Source: an uncultured Candidatus Saccharibacteria bacterium (GTDB lineage Bacteria > Patescibacteriota > Saccharimonadia > Saccharimonadales > Saccharimonadaceae). Taken from it: a stretch of 55,864 nucleotides of DNA. This document shows, piece after piece, positions 45,116 to 55,811 of this stretch. The stretch spans positions 1 through 55,864 of the forward strand of contig CAZGXB010000001.1 in NCBI GenBank assembly GCA_964529615.1, written 5' to 3'. The position numbers were made by a program, and so were the translations under genes. The notes under the pieces were generated by a model. That model did no database searches. It was not told the origin of the DNA and worked only from the letters and a program-made list of their open reading frames with translations. Every line of letters begins with the position of its first letter. Position 1 is the first letter of the stretch.

Positions 45116-47326
45116 ATGAATAAACAAGAAGAAGAACGACGAGCGCGTTTGTTGAAAATGCGAGAGGAGCGCTTGCCGGACATCAAAAAACAGTTTGAAG
45201 AGGCGCAAAATCGGCGTTTTAACAGCAATTTTGCCGAAGGGGGCAAAGATGCAGCTCTAGTGAAAAAAGGCGTGAAAGGGGCAAAAACGGCCGGAAAAGG
45301 CCAAAATGGCCGCCGAGCGACGCAGAGCGCGTCTAAGGCTGGTCTGAAAGCAGAGAGCCGTGGGAGGGCGGTCAGCACGAAGACTGGTGCGAGAGGGGCA
45401 ACGAAGGGCTCTCAGGGGCAAAATAAGCAAACTGCGGCGAAAAATAAGAAAGTTGGACTGGGAGTATCGGTGCGCAAGGGGGAAATGGTGCACCACCAGC
45501 GGATGTTGTCGCAGGACGTGAATGCGCAGGCGACGCAGCACATCATCGGAATTCCGGTGAACAAGAGTCGGTATAATGGCTACGGTGGACAGCAGGTGAC
45601 GGCGGCGCAGCTGAAGGCGGCGCGACCGGATCCGGAAGCGGTGCGGATTATCCCGATGGGGGGCGTAGGCGAATTTGGCATCGGGAAAAACATGACGATT
45701 ATCGAGTATAAGGGGGAGATGATCGTGATTGATATGGGTTCGCTCTTCGCTGGGGCGGACTATCCAGGGGTGAACTATATGGTGCCGGATATTAAGTATC
45801 TAGAAGATAACAAGGATAAGGTGAAGGCGATTTGTTTCACGCACGCACACCTCGATCACATCGGGGCTTGTCGGCACCTTTTGCCGAAATTTAGTCATCT
45901 GACGCCGATTTATGCTACGGAATTCACGATTGGGATGGTGCAGAAACAGATGTCGGAGCTGGCGGAAGTGCCGGATTTGAATTATATCAGCGTGGATCCG
46001 TTTAAGCACGAGAGGATTAAGGTGGGCGAGCATTTTTCGGTGGAGTTCATCCATACTTTGCACTCGATCCCGGGGAATACGGCGATCGTGGTGCGAACGC
46101 CGAACGGGATAGTGTATGTCTCGGGCGACTGGCGGCACGAAGAGCGGCCGATGGGGATTCAGACGGATTATGAGCGGATCGACCAGATCGTGAAGGAAGA
46201 AGGGGTGGCGCTGCTGCTGAACGAAAGTACAAATATCGACAGCCCGGGACGACATCCACATTCGGAATATGACGTGGGCGAGAACATCGGACGAGTGATG
46301 GATCATTACGCCAATGGGCGGGTGATCGTGAGTTGTTTCTCGAGCCAAATTAAGCGAATTGAATTGATTTTGAACGAGGCGGCGAAACGGGGGCGGAAAG
46401 TGGCCTTCGCGGGATTTTCGATGATTAATAACGTCGAGACGGCGGTGCGCGCGGGGGTGATCAAGATTCCGAAAAACACGATGATGAAGATGGAAGACAT
46501 CGTGAAGTTGCCGGATGATAAAATCACGATCGTTTGTACCGGTTCGCAGGGAGAAATGAACGCGGTCTTGAACCGGATGGTGACCGGCGCGCATAAGTAT
46601 ATCAAGATTAAGGCGAGCGACGTCGTGGTCTTCTCGTCGAATCCGATTCCGGGGAACGAGCCGCATGTGGTGAATACGGTGGATGGCTTGCTGCGCGAGG
46701 GCGCGGGTGTGATCCAAAACGGGAAGAGCCACATCACGAATTTGGGGCCGCTACACCTCTCGGGGCACGCTTACTATGAAGATCATGTGGAATTTGTGGA
46801 GAGATTGAAACCGCTGAATTATGTGCCTTATCACGGTGAGTTCTATATGCTAGAGCATAATGCGGAGATGGCGGAAAACGTGATCGGGATCAATAAAGAC
46901 CGGATTTTGGTGATGGACGACGGGGATGTGGTCGAGCTGATGCCGGATAAGACGGTGAAGAAATGCGGACGGATTTCGGTGGGGAATAAGTTGTATGACG
47001 ATGCAGACAAGCCGGTGCATGAAGCGGTGGTGAAGGATCGGATTCACATTTCGCGCGAGGGGATTTTCATCATTGTTTTGACGTTGAGCAAGAAGAATAA
47101 TCGGATGGTAAAGACTCCGGATATTATTTCGCGCGCGTTTATCTATCTGGACAATTCGGAGGAACTCGTGGCGAAAATTCGGCATTATCTCCGTGTGCGC
47201 ACAGAGAAGCTCCAAGGTGATGATATGAAGGCCTTCAAGGAGGAAATCAAGGAAGATGTCACGCATATTTTGTTTGATGCGACGGGGCATACGCCGATTG
47301 TTATTCCCGTAATCAACCGCGTGTAG
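45116..47326 (+). CDS. rnj: Ribonuclease J with long basic N-terminal extension
   Basis: GGVGEFGIGKNM, THAHLDHIG, HSIPG, CTGSQGE, HLSGH, PYHGE. Confidence 0.96.
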   Translation: MNKQEEERRARLLKMREERLPDIKKQFEEAQNRRFNSNFAEGGKDAALVKKGVKGAKTAGKGQNGRRATQSASKAGLKAESRGRAVSTKTGARGATKGSQGQNKQTAAKNKKVGLGVSVRKGEMVHHQRMLSQDVNAQATQHIIGIPVNKSRYNGYGGQQVTAAQLKAARPDPEAVRIIPMGGVGEFGIGKNMTIIEYKGEMIVIDMGSLFAGADYPGVNYMVPDIKYLEDNKDKVKAICFTHAHLDHIGACRHLLPKFSHLTPIYATEFTIGMVQKQMSELAEVPDLNYISVDPFKHERIKVGEHFSVEFIHTLHSIPGNTAIVVRTPNGIVYVSGDWRHEERPMGIQTDYERIDQIVKEEGVALLLNESTNIDSPGRHPHSEYDVGENIGRVMDHYANGRVIVSCFSSQIKRIELILNEAAKRGRKVAFAGFSMINNVETAVRAGVIKIPKNTMMKMEDIVKLPDDKITIVCTGSQGEMNAVLNRMVTGAHKYIKIKASDVVVFSSNPIPGNEPHVVNTVDGLLREGAGVIQNGKSHITNLGPLHLSGHAYYEDHVEFVERLKPLNYVPYHGEFYMLEHNAEMAENVIGINKDRILVMDDGDVVELMPDKTVKKCGRISVGNKLYDDADKPVHEAVVKDRIHISREGIFIIVLTLSKKNNRMVKTPDIISRAFIYLDNSEELVAKIRHYLRVRTEKLQGDDMKAFKEEIKEDVTHILFDATGHTPIVIPVINRV

Positions 47327-47562
47327 AGGGGCTCGCTATCTCGGGCTATTGCAGCGTCAGAGACTGCGACTGCTCCCTCGCTGGGCCTTAAGCCCCGCTC
47401 GGTCCGCTGCTCGTCTCTTCCTTGCACTAGCTCCAAGCTAGCGTTGCCCCCAAATCTGCTTTGATTTGTTTCGATTAGCTCCGAATTAGGTTTGTCCCTT
47501 TGACGAGATTGGCGGGTTTTTGCGGAAAAGATGTATAATAGAGGAAAGTAATAGGGAGGCTT

Positions 47563-48381
47563 ATGCACGAAGAAAAAGCAAACACGCAGGAAAATTTGGC
47601 GGAGGATAAGGAGCGGGCGAATAAGGCGCGGGTGAAGAAAGAGCGGAATAAGCTTTTGCCGGCGGTGATTATTTTGGCGGTTTTGACCGTGGCGGGGTGT
47701 GGTTTTGGAATTTGGGGTGTGGTCAATGGATTGGCGCAGGGTCGCGAAATTGATAATTTGAAGACGGAAGTCGCAGACAAGAATGAGGAAATTGCAGATT
47801 TGAAGGGCGTGGAAGTCGAAGAAGTCGTAAATGAAAATAATGAGCAGGTGGTAATTGAAGACAGGCGAAGCGTGAATTTGCCCATGACGAAGGGGAAGCA
47901 GATTTTGCCAGCGGGCGAAAAGGCGTCGGATTGGTGGCTGGTGGAGGATCACTCGATGGAGGGGTGGATGGGATTAGGTTTGCGTCAAAGTGCGAACGGG
48001 GATGAAGCGAGCGCAATCGAAATCGAGTATAATCCGGCGAAAATGGGACAGTTCTTCGGCTTGAATTTGGCGGGTGGAGAAGAGATACAGACGCTGAAAG
48101 TGGGGAAGATTGATGCGGATAAAGTCGTCGATGTGAAGATTGCGTTATTTGGACAGGGAGTTTGTGGTCGAGAGTCGTTGCTATACCTGATGGAAGATGG
48201 GACAATTGAATATACCAATATCGAGGAGGCTTTGAAGAGTGGTCGTGCGAATTCCGAGGGGGCGATTCCGGGGGTGGAAAATGTCGTGAGATTCTATACT
48301 ATTGAGTTGGGCGGAAGCAGCGTGTTCGCGCAACGTGCGGATGGCGATTTTTACGATTTGGATGATTATTTGCCAGAGTAA
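47563..48381 (+). CDS. Membrane-anchored hypothetical protein
   Basis: Single N-terminal TM followed by coiled coil; GGGAGG RBS. Confidence 0.75.
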   Translation: MHEEKANTQENLAEDKERANKARVKKERNKLLPAVIILAVLTVAGCGFGIWGVVNGLAQGREIDNLKTEVADKNEEIADLKGVEVEEVVNENNEQVVIEDRRSVNLPMTKGKQILPAGEKASDWWLVEDHSMEGWMGLGLRQSANGDEASAIEIEYNPAKMGQFFGLNLAGGEEIQTLKVGKIDADKVVDVKIALFGQGVCGRESLLYLMEDGTIEYTNIEEALKSGRANSEGAIPGVENVVRFYTIELGGSSVFAQRADGDFYDLDDYLPE

Positions 48382-48543
48382 TTAGGAGCTTAGGGATTTT
48401 GTGATAATTTCGGGATGATTTTGTGGCGATTTTGGGGTGTTTTGTGGCGAAAATATTGACAAGAATGAGGATGTGTGGTACAATGGTAAGAGGGGGTAGT
48501 TTAGCCCTTTAACACTAGTGCTAACCATAGGAGGAGGGATAAT

Positions 48544-49491
48544 ATGGAGAAAAATGCACTAACAACCTGGCAGAAAACTGTGGTCAGGAAGTATCTGGAC
48601 GCAAGCCTTAAGGCGGGTTGCTGGCTGAAGTATGAGGCACTGAAGGAGGCTGGACTAGAGTATTGTGCTATCTTGGATTGCGGTGGATTGATGAAAGTGC
48701 GCGAAGCAGCGCAAGAATTGTTCCCGGAAGAAGCGATGGCTTTGCTAGAAATTCAGCAACGACAAACTCGAAGGACTGCAGCGCGACGCGAAATGGAGCT
48801 GATTGAAGCCTATATGGAGGCTTCGCTCGCGGCGGGGTATTGGTTGACGATGTACGACCTGAAAGGCGTCGTGGTATCCCAGAGAGTTTCGAGTGGCGAC
48901 GTAGTTTGCTTAAGCTATCATCGATTGCTGCGTTATTGCGGAGGGATTTTGCCGGCGCGTAGAGCGGTTGAGCAGAGGTTCCCGGAGGTAGTAAAGGCGC
49001 TGGCGAACACAGAAGCGCAACAGAGCGCGGCGACGCAGGGTTTCGGAGTGCAACGTAATGTGTCGATGCGGAGCCTGGGGGAGAAATGGAGAACGCAGCC
49101 GAAAATGACTCAGGCGTGGATCCTGGAGAGATATTACCAGGAAAGCGTCAAGCGGGGATGTTGGTTGAACTCGACCCAGATTCGGGCAAATCCTATGATG
49201 CCGTCGCATGAGACTTATCGCAAATATTTTGCGAATATTGAGGCTCTGCGCCGGGCGGCGGAAGAGAAATTTGAGAAACCGCCGTATGAGGGTTTGCTCT
49301 GGAGTGGCTTGCAGAATGCGACACTCGATGAGGAATATTACGCGAGGCGATATTACGTTGAGTCGCGGGCGGCTGCAGAGTGGCTGCTGAGCGACCAAAT
49401 GCCGCAGAAAGTCGTGATGGCTTTCGGCGGGATGGCGCGAGTGCGACGACATCTGATCGCGAAATACGGCGACTGGAGCCAGGAAGAATAA
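48544..49491 (+). CDS. Hypothetical protein built of four Y..AS..AG.WL...GG-type repeats
   Basis: Internal repeats similar to a repeat in the helicase C-terminus; strong promoter and RBS. Confidence 0.7.
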   Translation: MEKNALTTWQKTVVRKYLDASLKAGCWLKYEALKEAGLEYCAILDCGGLMKVREAAQELFPEEAMALLEIQQRQTRRTAARREMELIEAYMEASLAAGYWLTMYDLKGVVVSQRVSSGDVVCLSYHRLLRYCGGILPARRAVEQRFPEVVKALANTEAQQSAATQGFGVQRNVSMRSLGEKWRTQPKMTQAWILERYYQESVKRGCWLNSTQIRANPMMPSHETYRKYFANIEALRRAAEEKFEKPPYEGLLWSGLQNATLDEEYYARRYYVESRAAAEWLLSDQMPQKVVMAFGGMARVRRHLIAKYGDWSQEE

Positions 49492-49572
49492 TCAGGAGGT
49501 AAAGCGGAGCCGAAAGGCTCCGCGATTTTGTGGGAAATGCAGAATATACAGAATTTTGGGCGAGGTTGGCAA

Positions 49573-49696
49573 TAAAAAATGGCGTTCGAAACGTCGTTGT
49601 AATTGATTACTCCATAGCCAGGTCGGCTGGTGGCTTGCGCCACTACGTCAATTCGACCAGGTCCGACCTGTATAAACAGTCCCGGGATGGGCTGTG
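49573..49696 (-). ncRNA. Putative DUF3800-associated structured RNA
   Basis: TTGCCT-17-TACAAT promoter just after the DUF3800 stop; CAGGTCGG/CCGACCTG stem, GTGGC-GCAA-GCCAC hairpin, terminal T-tract. Confidence 0.6.
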
Positions 49697-49737
49697 AGTG
49701 TATTGTAGCATAAGGGAGGGGGAAAGGCAATAGCTCA

Positions 49738-50424
49738 TTATGGCAATAATAATTCAGTGTGTTTGGAATGGTCATGTTGGATTTTAGGGTTATAGTTGCG
49801 TTGAGTGAAGATGCTATTGGCGAGAATATCGGCGGCTTGGATGAGGGGTTGTTTGCGCGAATCACAGAAATTGGTCGTGACGAGGAGATGACTATGAAAG
49901 AGAGGCTGATGATATACGCCATAGTCGAAATTTTGGATGCCGGAAGAGAATTCTTCGTGAATACTCTCGCGTAAGTTATAAATGCCGTCGGTAGAGGTGG
50001 GTTGATTATCGATGAAGAAGCGTAAAATGGTTGGAGAATTGGGGTCGATTATACCACGGTTGATTAGGCTAAGAAGCTTGGCCTTGGCGATACGTTTGAG
50101 GCAGTAATCTTTGTAGCGGTGAATAGATTTCTTGTTATTGAGAATGTTGGGATAGATACGGCTTTTATCGACGACGCAACTAAAGGATTCATATTCTTTG
50201 AGAACGGAATTAAGGTAGCGTTTGGTCTTGCCTTTGGCGCCATGCGCTTTAAGCTCCGTAGTGGGATGCGGGTTGATACGCTTGGCGGCTTTGCGATAGG
50301 CACAGAGTGCGCGATCCTTTTCTTTGTGCGAGAGAAAAACATAACCGGCGTAGATGAAAAATAGCTCGTGCGAATTGGGATGTAATACTCCGGAGTCATC
50401 GAGGTAGAAATAGAGCTCTTGCAT
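49738..50424 (-). CDS. DUF3800 domain protein
   Basis: FYLDDSG at N-terminus, ELK, and DSRKQPLIQAADILAN (QxAD) at C-terminus. Confidence 0.85.
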   Translation of the reverse strand: MQELYFYLDDSGVLHPNSHELFFIYAGYVFLSHKEKDRALCAYRKAAKRINPHPTTELKAHGAKGKTKRYLNSVLKEYESFSCVVDKSRIYPNILNNKKSIHRYKDYCLKRIAKAKLLSLINRGIIDPNSPTILRFFIDNQPTSTDGIYNLRESIHEEFSSGIQNFDYGVYHQPLFHSHLLVTTNFCDSRKQPLIQAADILANSIFTQRNYNPKIQHDHSKHTELLLP

Positions 50425-50495
50425 GCAGGCATTGTAGCATATGCAGGGGAGATAGCATATTGCTGGAGTTTAAATAATGAGTCGAACGAAATTGA

Positions 50496-50522
50496 TTAGC
50501 ACTCTTGACTTATGAGTGCTAA
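50496..50522 (+). promoter_or_regulatory. CIRCE element (HrcA operator) overlapping clpC promoter
   Basis: Exact TTAGCACTC-N9-GAGTGCTAA, overlapping TTGACT-17-TACAAT. Confidence 0.95.
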
Positions 50523-50542
50523 TTTGCTACAATGGGGGTATT

Positions 50543-53029
50543 ATGGATAGCGAATTTAGTGAATTGATGAATCGTTTGTCGGAAAATGCACGTTTTGCGC
50601 TGCAAAAGGCGGACCTTTTTAGCAAAAAATACAACCAAGGTTATATGGGGACAGAGCATATTCTACTGGGGATTTTGGCGCAGGATGCGTCGATGGGGGC
50701 GCAGATCCTGAGGAGGTTTGACATTGACCTGGCGCGTGCGGAAAAGGCGATGGGGCAGAAAGCTAGCGAAGTGAAGACGGACAACGCGATGGCGATGATG
50801 TCGCTGTCGGAGGCGGCGGTGCTGACTTTGCGCATGGCGAATCATTACGCGCAGGAGAAGGGGAGCGTCGCGATTGGGACGGAATTTTTGCTCTATGCGC
50901 TGCTGTGTCAACCGAATTCGCGGGCGGTGGTCTTATTGGAGAAGATGGGGGCGGAGACGGAGGATGTGCTCGATGAGCTGGAGACGGAGATTGAGCGCCA
51001 AGTGGACGGCGAACGGCGCGATCAAGAAAAGGACAAATATCGGCGGAATAAGCCGAAATGGTTGAGCCGGTTTGGGCAAGATCTGACGGAACTAGCGAAG
51101 GAAGAGAAGCTGGATACTGTGATCGGGCGTGAGCGCGAGATCGAGCGGGTGGTGACGGTGCTTTCGCGGCGGACGAAGTCGAATCCGGTTTTGATCGGCG
51201 AGGCGGGCGTGGGGAAAACCGCGATTGTCGAAGGTTTGGCGGAGCGAGTGGTGAAACACGATGTGCCGAGTGTGCTGGTGGGGAAGCGGATTTATCAGAT
51301 TGATCTTTCGAACATCGTGGCGGGGACGAAGTTTCGGGGGGAATTCGAAGAGCGGATTAAGGGAATTATCGACGAAGCGGTGGAGAATGATGATATTATT
51401 CTCTTCATTGACGAGCTACACCTATTAGCTGGGGCGGGTTCGGGCGAGGGCTCGATGGATGCGGCGAATATTTTGAAGCCAGCGCTTGCGCGGGGGAAGT
51501 TGCAGCTGATTGGCGCGACGACGCTGGATGAATATCGCAAGCACATTGAGAAGGATAAGGCGCTGAGCCGGCGGTTTCAGACGGTGATGGTGGAAGAGCC
51601 GGATAATGTGACGGTTTTGAAGATTCTGAAGGGGATTAAGCGGCATTATGAGAAACACCATGACGTGGAAATCAGCGACGAAATGCTGGAGACAGCGATT
51701 AATATGTCGGGGCGATATATTAATGATCGTTTCATGCCGGACAAAGTGATTGACGTGATCGACGAAGCGGCGGCGATCGCGAAGGTGGCGGCGGATAAGA
51801 AAGGCGGCGGGGAATATAAGAAGCTGGCAGTGCAGAAGCAGAGCCTCGAGGAAGAGATGACGGAAGCGGCGGAGAAGGAGGATTTTGAGAAGGCGGCGAA
51901 TCTGAAGACGGAGATTGCGAAAATTGAGAAAGAGTTGAAAGCGCTGAAGAAAAAAGGTGCGACGAAGCAGCCGGTGCTGACGGAAGAGCATCTGGCGACG
52001 GCGATTTCGCTGAAGACGGGGATTCCGGTGTCGAAAGTGCACGGGAGCGAATTGGAGCTGCTGGGCGATTTGGAAGGACATTTGAAGAAGAGCGTAGTAG
52101 GCCAGGAAGAAGCGGTGAAGGCAGTGGCGAAGGCGATCCGGCGCGGGCGGAGCGGGATCGCGGATGTGCGGCGGCCAATCGGGAGTTTCCTCTTCATGGG
52201 GCCGACCGGAGTGGGAAAGACGGAACTGGCGCGCGTGATCGCGCGGGAAGTGTTTGGCGGGGAAAACGCTTTGATTAAAATCGACATGTCGGAATTTGGC
52301 GAAAAACACAATGTTTCGCGACTGGTGGGAGCGCCGGCGGGTTATGTGGGCTACGACGATGGCGGAAAATTGACCGAGGCGGTGCGACGGCGGCCGTATT
52401 CCGTGGTGCTGTTCGACGAAATTGAGAAAGCGCATCCGGAAGTGTTTAACATGTTGCTGCAGATTCTGGAAGACGGAGTTTTGACCGATAGTCAGGGGAA
52501 TAAAGTGAAATTTAATAACACGATCGTGATTTTGACCTCGAACCTTGGGGCGGACGAAATGTACCGCGAGAGCGAGATGGGCTTCACGGCGAAAGGCTTG
52601 AAGGAAAAGCGTGAGCTGAAAGAAGAGTATGAAGTGAGCAAAGCGGCGGCGATGCGGGCGCTGAAGAAGGTGATGAAGCCGGAGCTGATTAATCGTCTGG
52701 ATGCGATTTTGGTCTTCCATGCTTTGACTCGGGCGAACGTGGAGCGGATCTTTGATAATCTGATCGAGGAGCTGAAAAAGCGCCTGGCGGCGAAGAAATT
52801 GGGGGTGCGGGTGACGCCGGAAGTGAAGAAATATCTGATCGAGGAAGGCTATGACCCGAAGAACGGTGCGCGGCCGCTTAGGCGAGTGATCGAGGACAAG
52901 ATTGAGACTTTGATCGCGGAGGAGATTATCGCGGGGAAATTGGAAGACGGCGATATCGCGGAGATTCGCATGAAAAAAGTCAAGGGTAGCGACGAAAAGG
53001 AAATGAGTTTGAAGGTGATACATGAGTGA
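50543..53029 (+). CDS. clpC: ATP-dependent Clp protease ATP-binding subunit ClpC
   Basis: Clp N repeats, [11 protein letters not shown]-like [34 protein letters not shown]. Confidence 0.95.
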   Translation: MDSEFSELMNRLSENARFALQKADLFSKKYNQGYMGTEHILLGILAQDASMGAQILRRFDIDLARAEKAMGQKASEVKTDNAMAMMSLSEAAVLTLRMANHYAQEKGSVAIGTEFLLYALLCQPNSRAVVLLEKMGAETEDVLDELETEIERQVDGERRDQEKDKYRRNKPKWLSRFGQDLTELAKEEKLDTVIGREREIERVVTVLSRRTKSNPVLIGEAGVGKTAIVEGLAERVVKHDVPSVLVGKRIYQIDLSNIVAGTKFRGEFEERIKGIIDEAVENDDIILFIDELHLLAGAGSGEGSMDAANILKPALARGKLQLIGATTLDEYRKHIEKDKALSRRFQTVMVEEPDNVTVLKILKGIKRHYEKHHDVEISDEMLETAINMSGRYINDRFMPDKVIDVIDEAAAIAKVAADKKGGGEYKKLAVQKQSLEEEMTEAAEKEDFEKAANLKTEIAKIEKELKALKKKGATKQPVLTEEHLATAISLKTGIPVSKVHGSELELLGDLEGHLKKSVVGQEEAVKAVAKAIRRGRSGIADVRRPIGSFLFMGPTGVGKTELARVIAREVFGGENALIKIDMSEFGEKHNVSRLVGAPAGYVGYDDGGKLTEAVRRRPYSVVLFDEIEKAHPEVFNMLLQILEDGVLTDSQGNKVKFNNTIVILTSNLGADEMYRESEMGFTAKGLKEKRELKEEYEVSKAAAMRALKKVMKPELINRLDAILVFHALTRANVERIFDNLIEELKKRLAAKKLGVRVTPEVKKYLIEEGYDPKNGARPLRRVIEDKIETLIAEEIIAGKLEDGDIAEIRMKKVKGSDEKEMSLKVIHE

Positions 53030-54005
53030 GCAAGCGATCGAAAAAGAACGGCGGGGAGCAGAGAAATTTTGGACGGTGTTTGCGATCGTGGCGGTGGTGG
53101 GGGCGTGTTTCGCAGTGCAGCAGCCGGTGGTGCAGGACATCTGGAAGGGCTGGGGATATGAACCGAGCGCGGAGATGGCGGCGATTCAGGAGAGCTTGAT
53201 ACTGACGGGGACAGGGGAGCGGATTTTCAAGGCGACGCAGCCGGCGCTGGAGGATAAAACGGCGTTTAATGAGCATTGCGAGACGCGGGATGACGACATT
53301 TCTCTACTAGGCTGCTATACGAACGGGCGGATTTATGTCTATGGGATCCAGAACGAGGAACTGAAATTGGCGAATAATGTGACGACGGCGCATGAGCTGC
53401 TACATGCGGCGTGGGAGCGGATGGGCGAGCGTGAACGGGCGGAAGTGTCGGACTTGCTCAGGCAGGTGCAGGCGGAAAATGCGGAATGGTTCCGCGAGGA
53501 GCTGGAGGCGTATGAAGATACGGAAAAGCTGGAGGAAGTCTATACGCGAGCGGCGACAAAATTGCGGAATTTGCCGGAGAAACTGGAGGAGCATTACCGG
53601 AAATATTTTGCTGAGCGGCAGAAGATCGTCGAATATCACGAAAAATACCAGGAGCCGTTTAATAAATTGCAGAAGGAATTGCAAGAATTGGAGACGAAAA
53701 TTATGACCGAGAGTGAGGCGATCAAAGCGCGCCGCACTGAGTACGACGCGAAGTTGGCGGCACTGGACGGGCAGATCGATGAATTTAACCGCTGTGCAAA
53801 TGCGGCGGGATGCTTCACGAGCGAAGCGGAGTTTAACCGGCGGCGAGGGAATTTGCTGGCGGAGCAGAGCGAAGTGGAGGAGATGCGTAGTAGTATCAAC
53901 CAACAAATCGACGATAATAATGCGCGAATCGAGCAATATAATACCCTGCAGGGGGAGATGGGGGAACTGAATGATGCGATGAATTCGCATACGGAGAAGC
54001 TATGA
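53022..54005 (+). CDS. Membrane-anchored HExxH zincin-like protein with C-terminal coiled coil
   Basis: N-terminal TM, LGCY, TTAHELLHAAW. Confidence 0.7.
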   Translation: MSEQAIEKERRGAEKFWTVFAIVAVVGACFAVQQPVVQDIWKGWGYEPSAEMAAIQESLILTGTGERIFKATQPALEDKTAFNEHCETRDDDISLLGCYTNGRIYVYGIQNEELKLANNVTTAHELLHAAWERMGERERAEVSDLLRQVQAENAEWFREELEAYEDTEKLEEVYTRAATKLRNLPEKLEEHYRKYFAERQKIVEYHEKYQEPFNKLQKELQELETKIMTESEAIKARRTEYDAKLAALDGQIDEFNRCANAAGCFTSEAEFNRRRGNLLAEQSEVEEMRSSINQQIDDNNARIEQYNTLQGEMGELNDAMNSHTEKL

Positions 54006-54062
54006 CCGAAATTGGACCTATTACATCGTTAAGAGCTAATTTAGGAAATAAGGAGAATTATT

Positions 54063-54656
54063 ATGCAAAAATTTAATGAAAATTATTTAGTACCGACGGT
54101 GGTAGAAGAGACGAATCGGGGGGAGCGGGCTTTCGATATTTATTCACGGCTGCTGAAGGAGCGAATTGTCTTTATGGGGGATCAAGTGATGCCGGAGACG
54201 GCGAACCTGGTCGTGGCGCAGTTGCTGTTTCTCGCGAATGAAGACCCGAAGAAAGACATTAAGCTCTATATTAATTCGCCAGGCGGATCGGTGTATGCGG
54301 GGCTGGCGATTATCGACACGATGAATTATATTGCGCCGGATGTGCAGACGATTGGGATTGGTTTGCAAGCGTCGATGGGGGCGATGTTGCTGAGCTGCGG
54401 GGCGAAGGGGAAGCGTTTCCTCTTGCCGAATTCGCGGGTGATGATTCACCAGCCGAGCTCGGGGACGGAGGGAAAAATCTCGGATCAGGAAATCGCGCTG
54501 AAGGAGGGGATTTTCTTGAAGAAGCGTTTGGCGGAGATTTTCGCCGAGAACACCGGGAAGAGTGTGAAACAGGTGGAGAAAGATATGGATCGGGATAATT
54601 GGATGAGTGCGGAAGAGGCGAAGGAATATGGGATTGTGGATGAGGTGCTAAAGTAG
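54063..54656 (+). CDS. clpP: ATP-dependent Clp protease proteolytic subunit
   Basis: [35 protein letters not shown]. Confidence 0.98.
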   Translation: MQKFNENYLVPTVVEETNRGERAFDIYSRLLKERIVFMGDQVMPETANLVVAQLLFLANEDPKKDIKLYINSPGGSVYAGLAIIDTMNYIAPDVQTIGIGLQASMGAMLLSCGAKGKRFLLPNSRVMIHQPSSGTEGKISDQEIALKEGIFLKKRLAEIFAENTGKSVKQVEKDMDRDNWMSAEEAKEYGIVDEVLK

Positions 54657-54738
54657 GGTTTCCTTTTGGTTTAATTTCTCTAGCTTACGGGATTTCTTGT
54701 AATAATACAGTGTTTCTAGTTAGCTATTATTCTATCGT

Positions 54739-55025
54739 ATTACTATTTCTCCATTCTGCTTGAGAGACCCACGAACCAAGGCTTTCCTTTTTCGTTCAAT
54801 CTCCTAGCTTTCAGCCTGTACCGCACTTTTGCAGAACCGGCGTTCTCGCAGCCCGCCGTCGCGGGTGCGAGCCGCCTAACCCTCGCGCCGGCTTCGCCGG
54901 ATCCGTCCCAAGGGGGATAACGCGCGCTGCGGATGTTCTGCAAAAGTAGGTACAGAGCTGAAGCTAGAATCCTAAGTCAAAAAAGGAAGCCATGTTTTTT
55001 CTCTCGCAGGGGGAGAAATAGTAAT
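54739..55025. repeat. Long palindromic MITE-like element, copy C
   Basis: ATTACTATTTCTCC ... GGAGAAATAGTAAT termini; inner arms shared with 17613-17949. Confidence 0.85.
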
Positions 55026-55163
55026 TCGGTAATATATAGCTAATTAGACTTCTGTGTTATTACAGCAAAGTCGTAGGCTAAGGGGATTAAACCAAAGCAA
55101 ATTCTGTTTCCGTATCAGCGTAAAGTGCAGCAAAAATCCTGGAGTGCAACTGTACCGACGCTG

Positions 55164-55342
55164 CGGACGGGGAAAGCATGATAGCGATCATCTATGTTCG
55201 AAGAGTTAACGCCAGATTCGTAATAGTTGAGGTTGTACGAATCTTTGGCAGTAGGAAGCGTTGTACGAGACCAGTTGCGTCCAGCAACACCGACATATCG
55301 TATAGTGCCACGAGTCATAGTGGCATATCCGCTCCGCACATA
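55164..55342 (-). repeat. Silent VR-like cassette C11
   Basis: YVRSGYATMTRGTIRYVGVAGRNWSR...GVNSSNIDDRYHAFPVR. Confidence 0.9.
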
Positions 55343-55468
55343 GTATAAGTAGGTTTGAAGTAATGCTTGTATGTATTGTATTGGGTTGCATCGGCTGAGT
55401 TGCAACGTCGGAAACAGTTGCACTTCGATACATTGATGACGGAAAATGATAATGACTATGTGTGAGTA

Positions 55469-55591
55469 TATTACTATTTCTCCTTCTGTGAGAGAGACTA
55501 AAAGCGAGGTGAAGCTCACCGAGCAGAACGAGACACCCGTAAAGACGGCATGTCGAGTGGGTCTCTCAAGCAGAAGGGAGAAATAGTAATA
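55469..55591. repeat. MITE-like element with 15-bp TIR, copy D
   Basis: TATTACTATTTCTCC ... GGAGAAATAGTAATA. Confidence 0.85.
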
Positions 55592-55636
55592 ATGCTTAGA
55601 TATAACCAACCATTCATCATCTCTACTTCACTATAC

Positions 55637-55811
55637 TATGTGCGGAGCGGGGGTATTAATAAACTATATGGTTTCCTCTGGGCGGGCGGAAGTGATGCAT
55701 TTGTATGGTCGCAGGAAGCATTAGCGATAAACGAAACGCATTATTTTATCGCTTATTCAACCTCAGGTGTTAATCCATCGAGTAAGGGCAATCGTCGTTT
55801 TGCTTTCCCCG
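55637..55811 (+). repeat. Silent VR-like cassette C12
   Basis: Translated by hand: YVRSGGINKLYGFLWAGGSDAFVWSQ...GVNPSSKGNRRFAFP; absent from ORF track because the frame is open to the window end. Confidence 0.88.
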
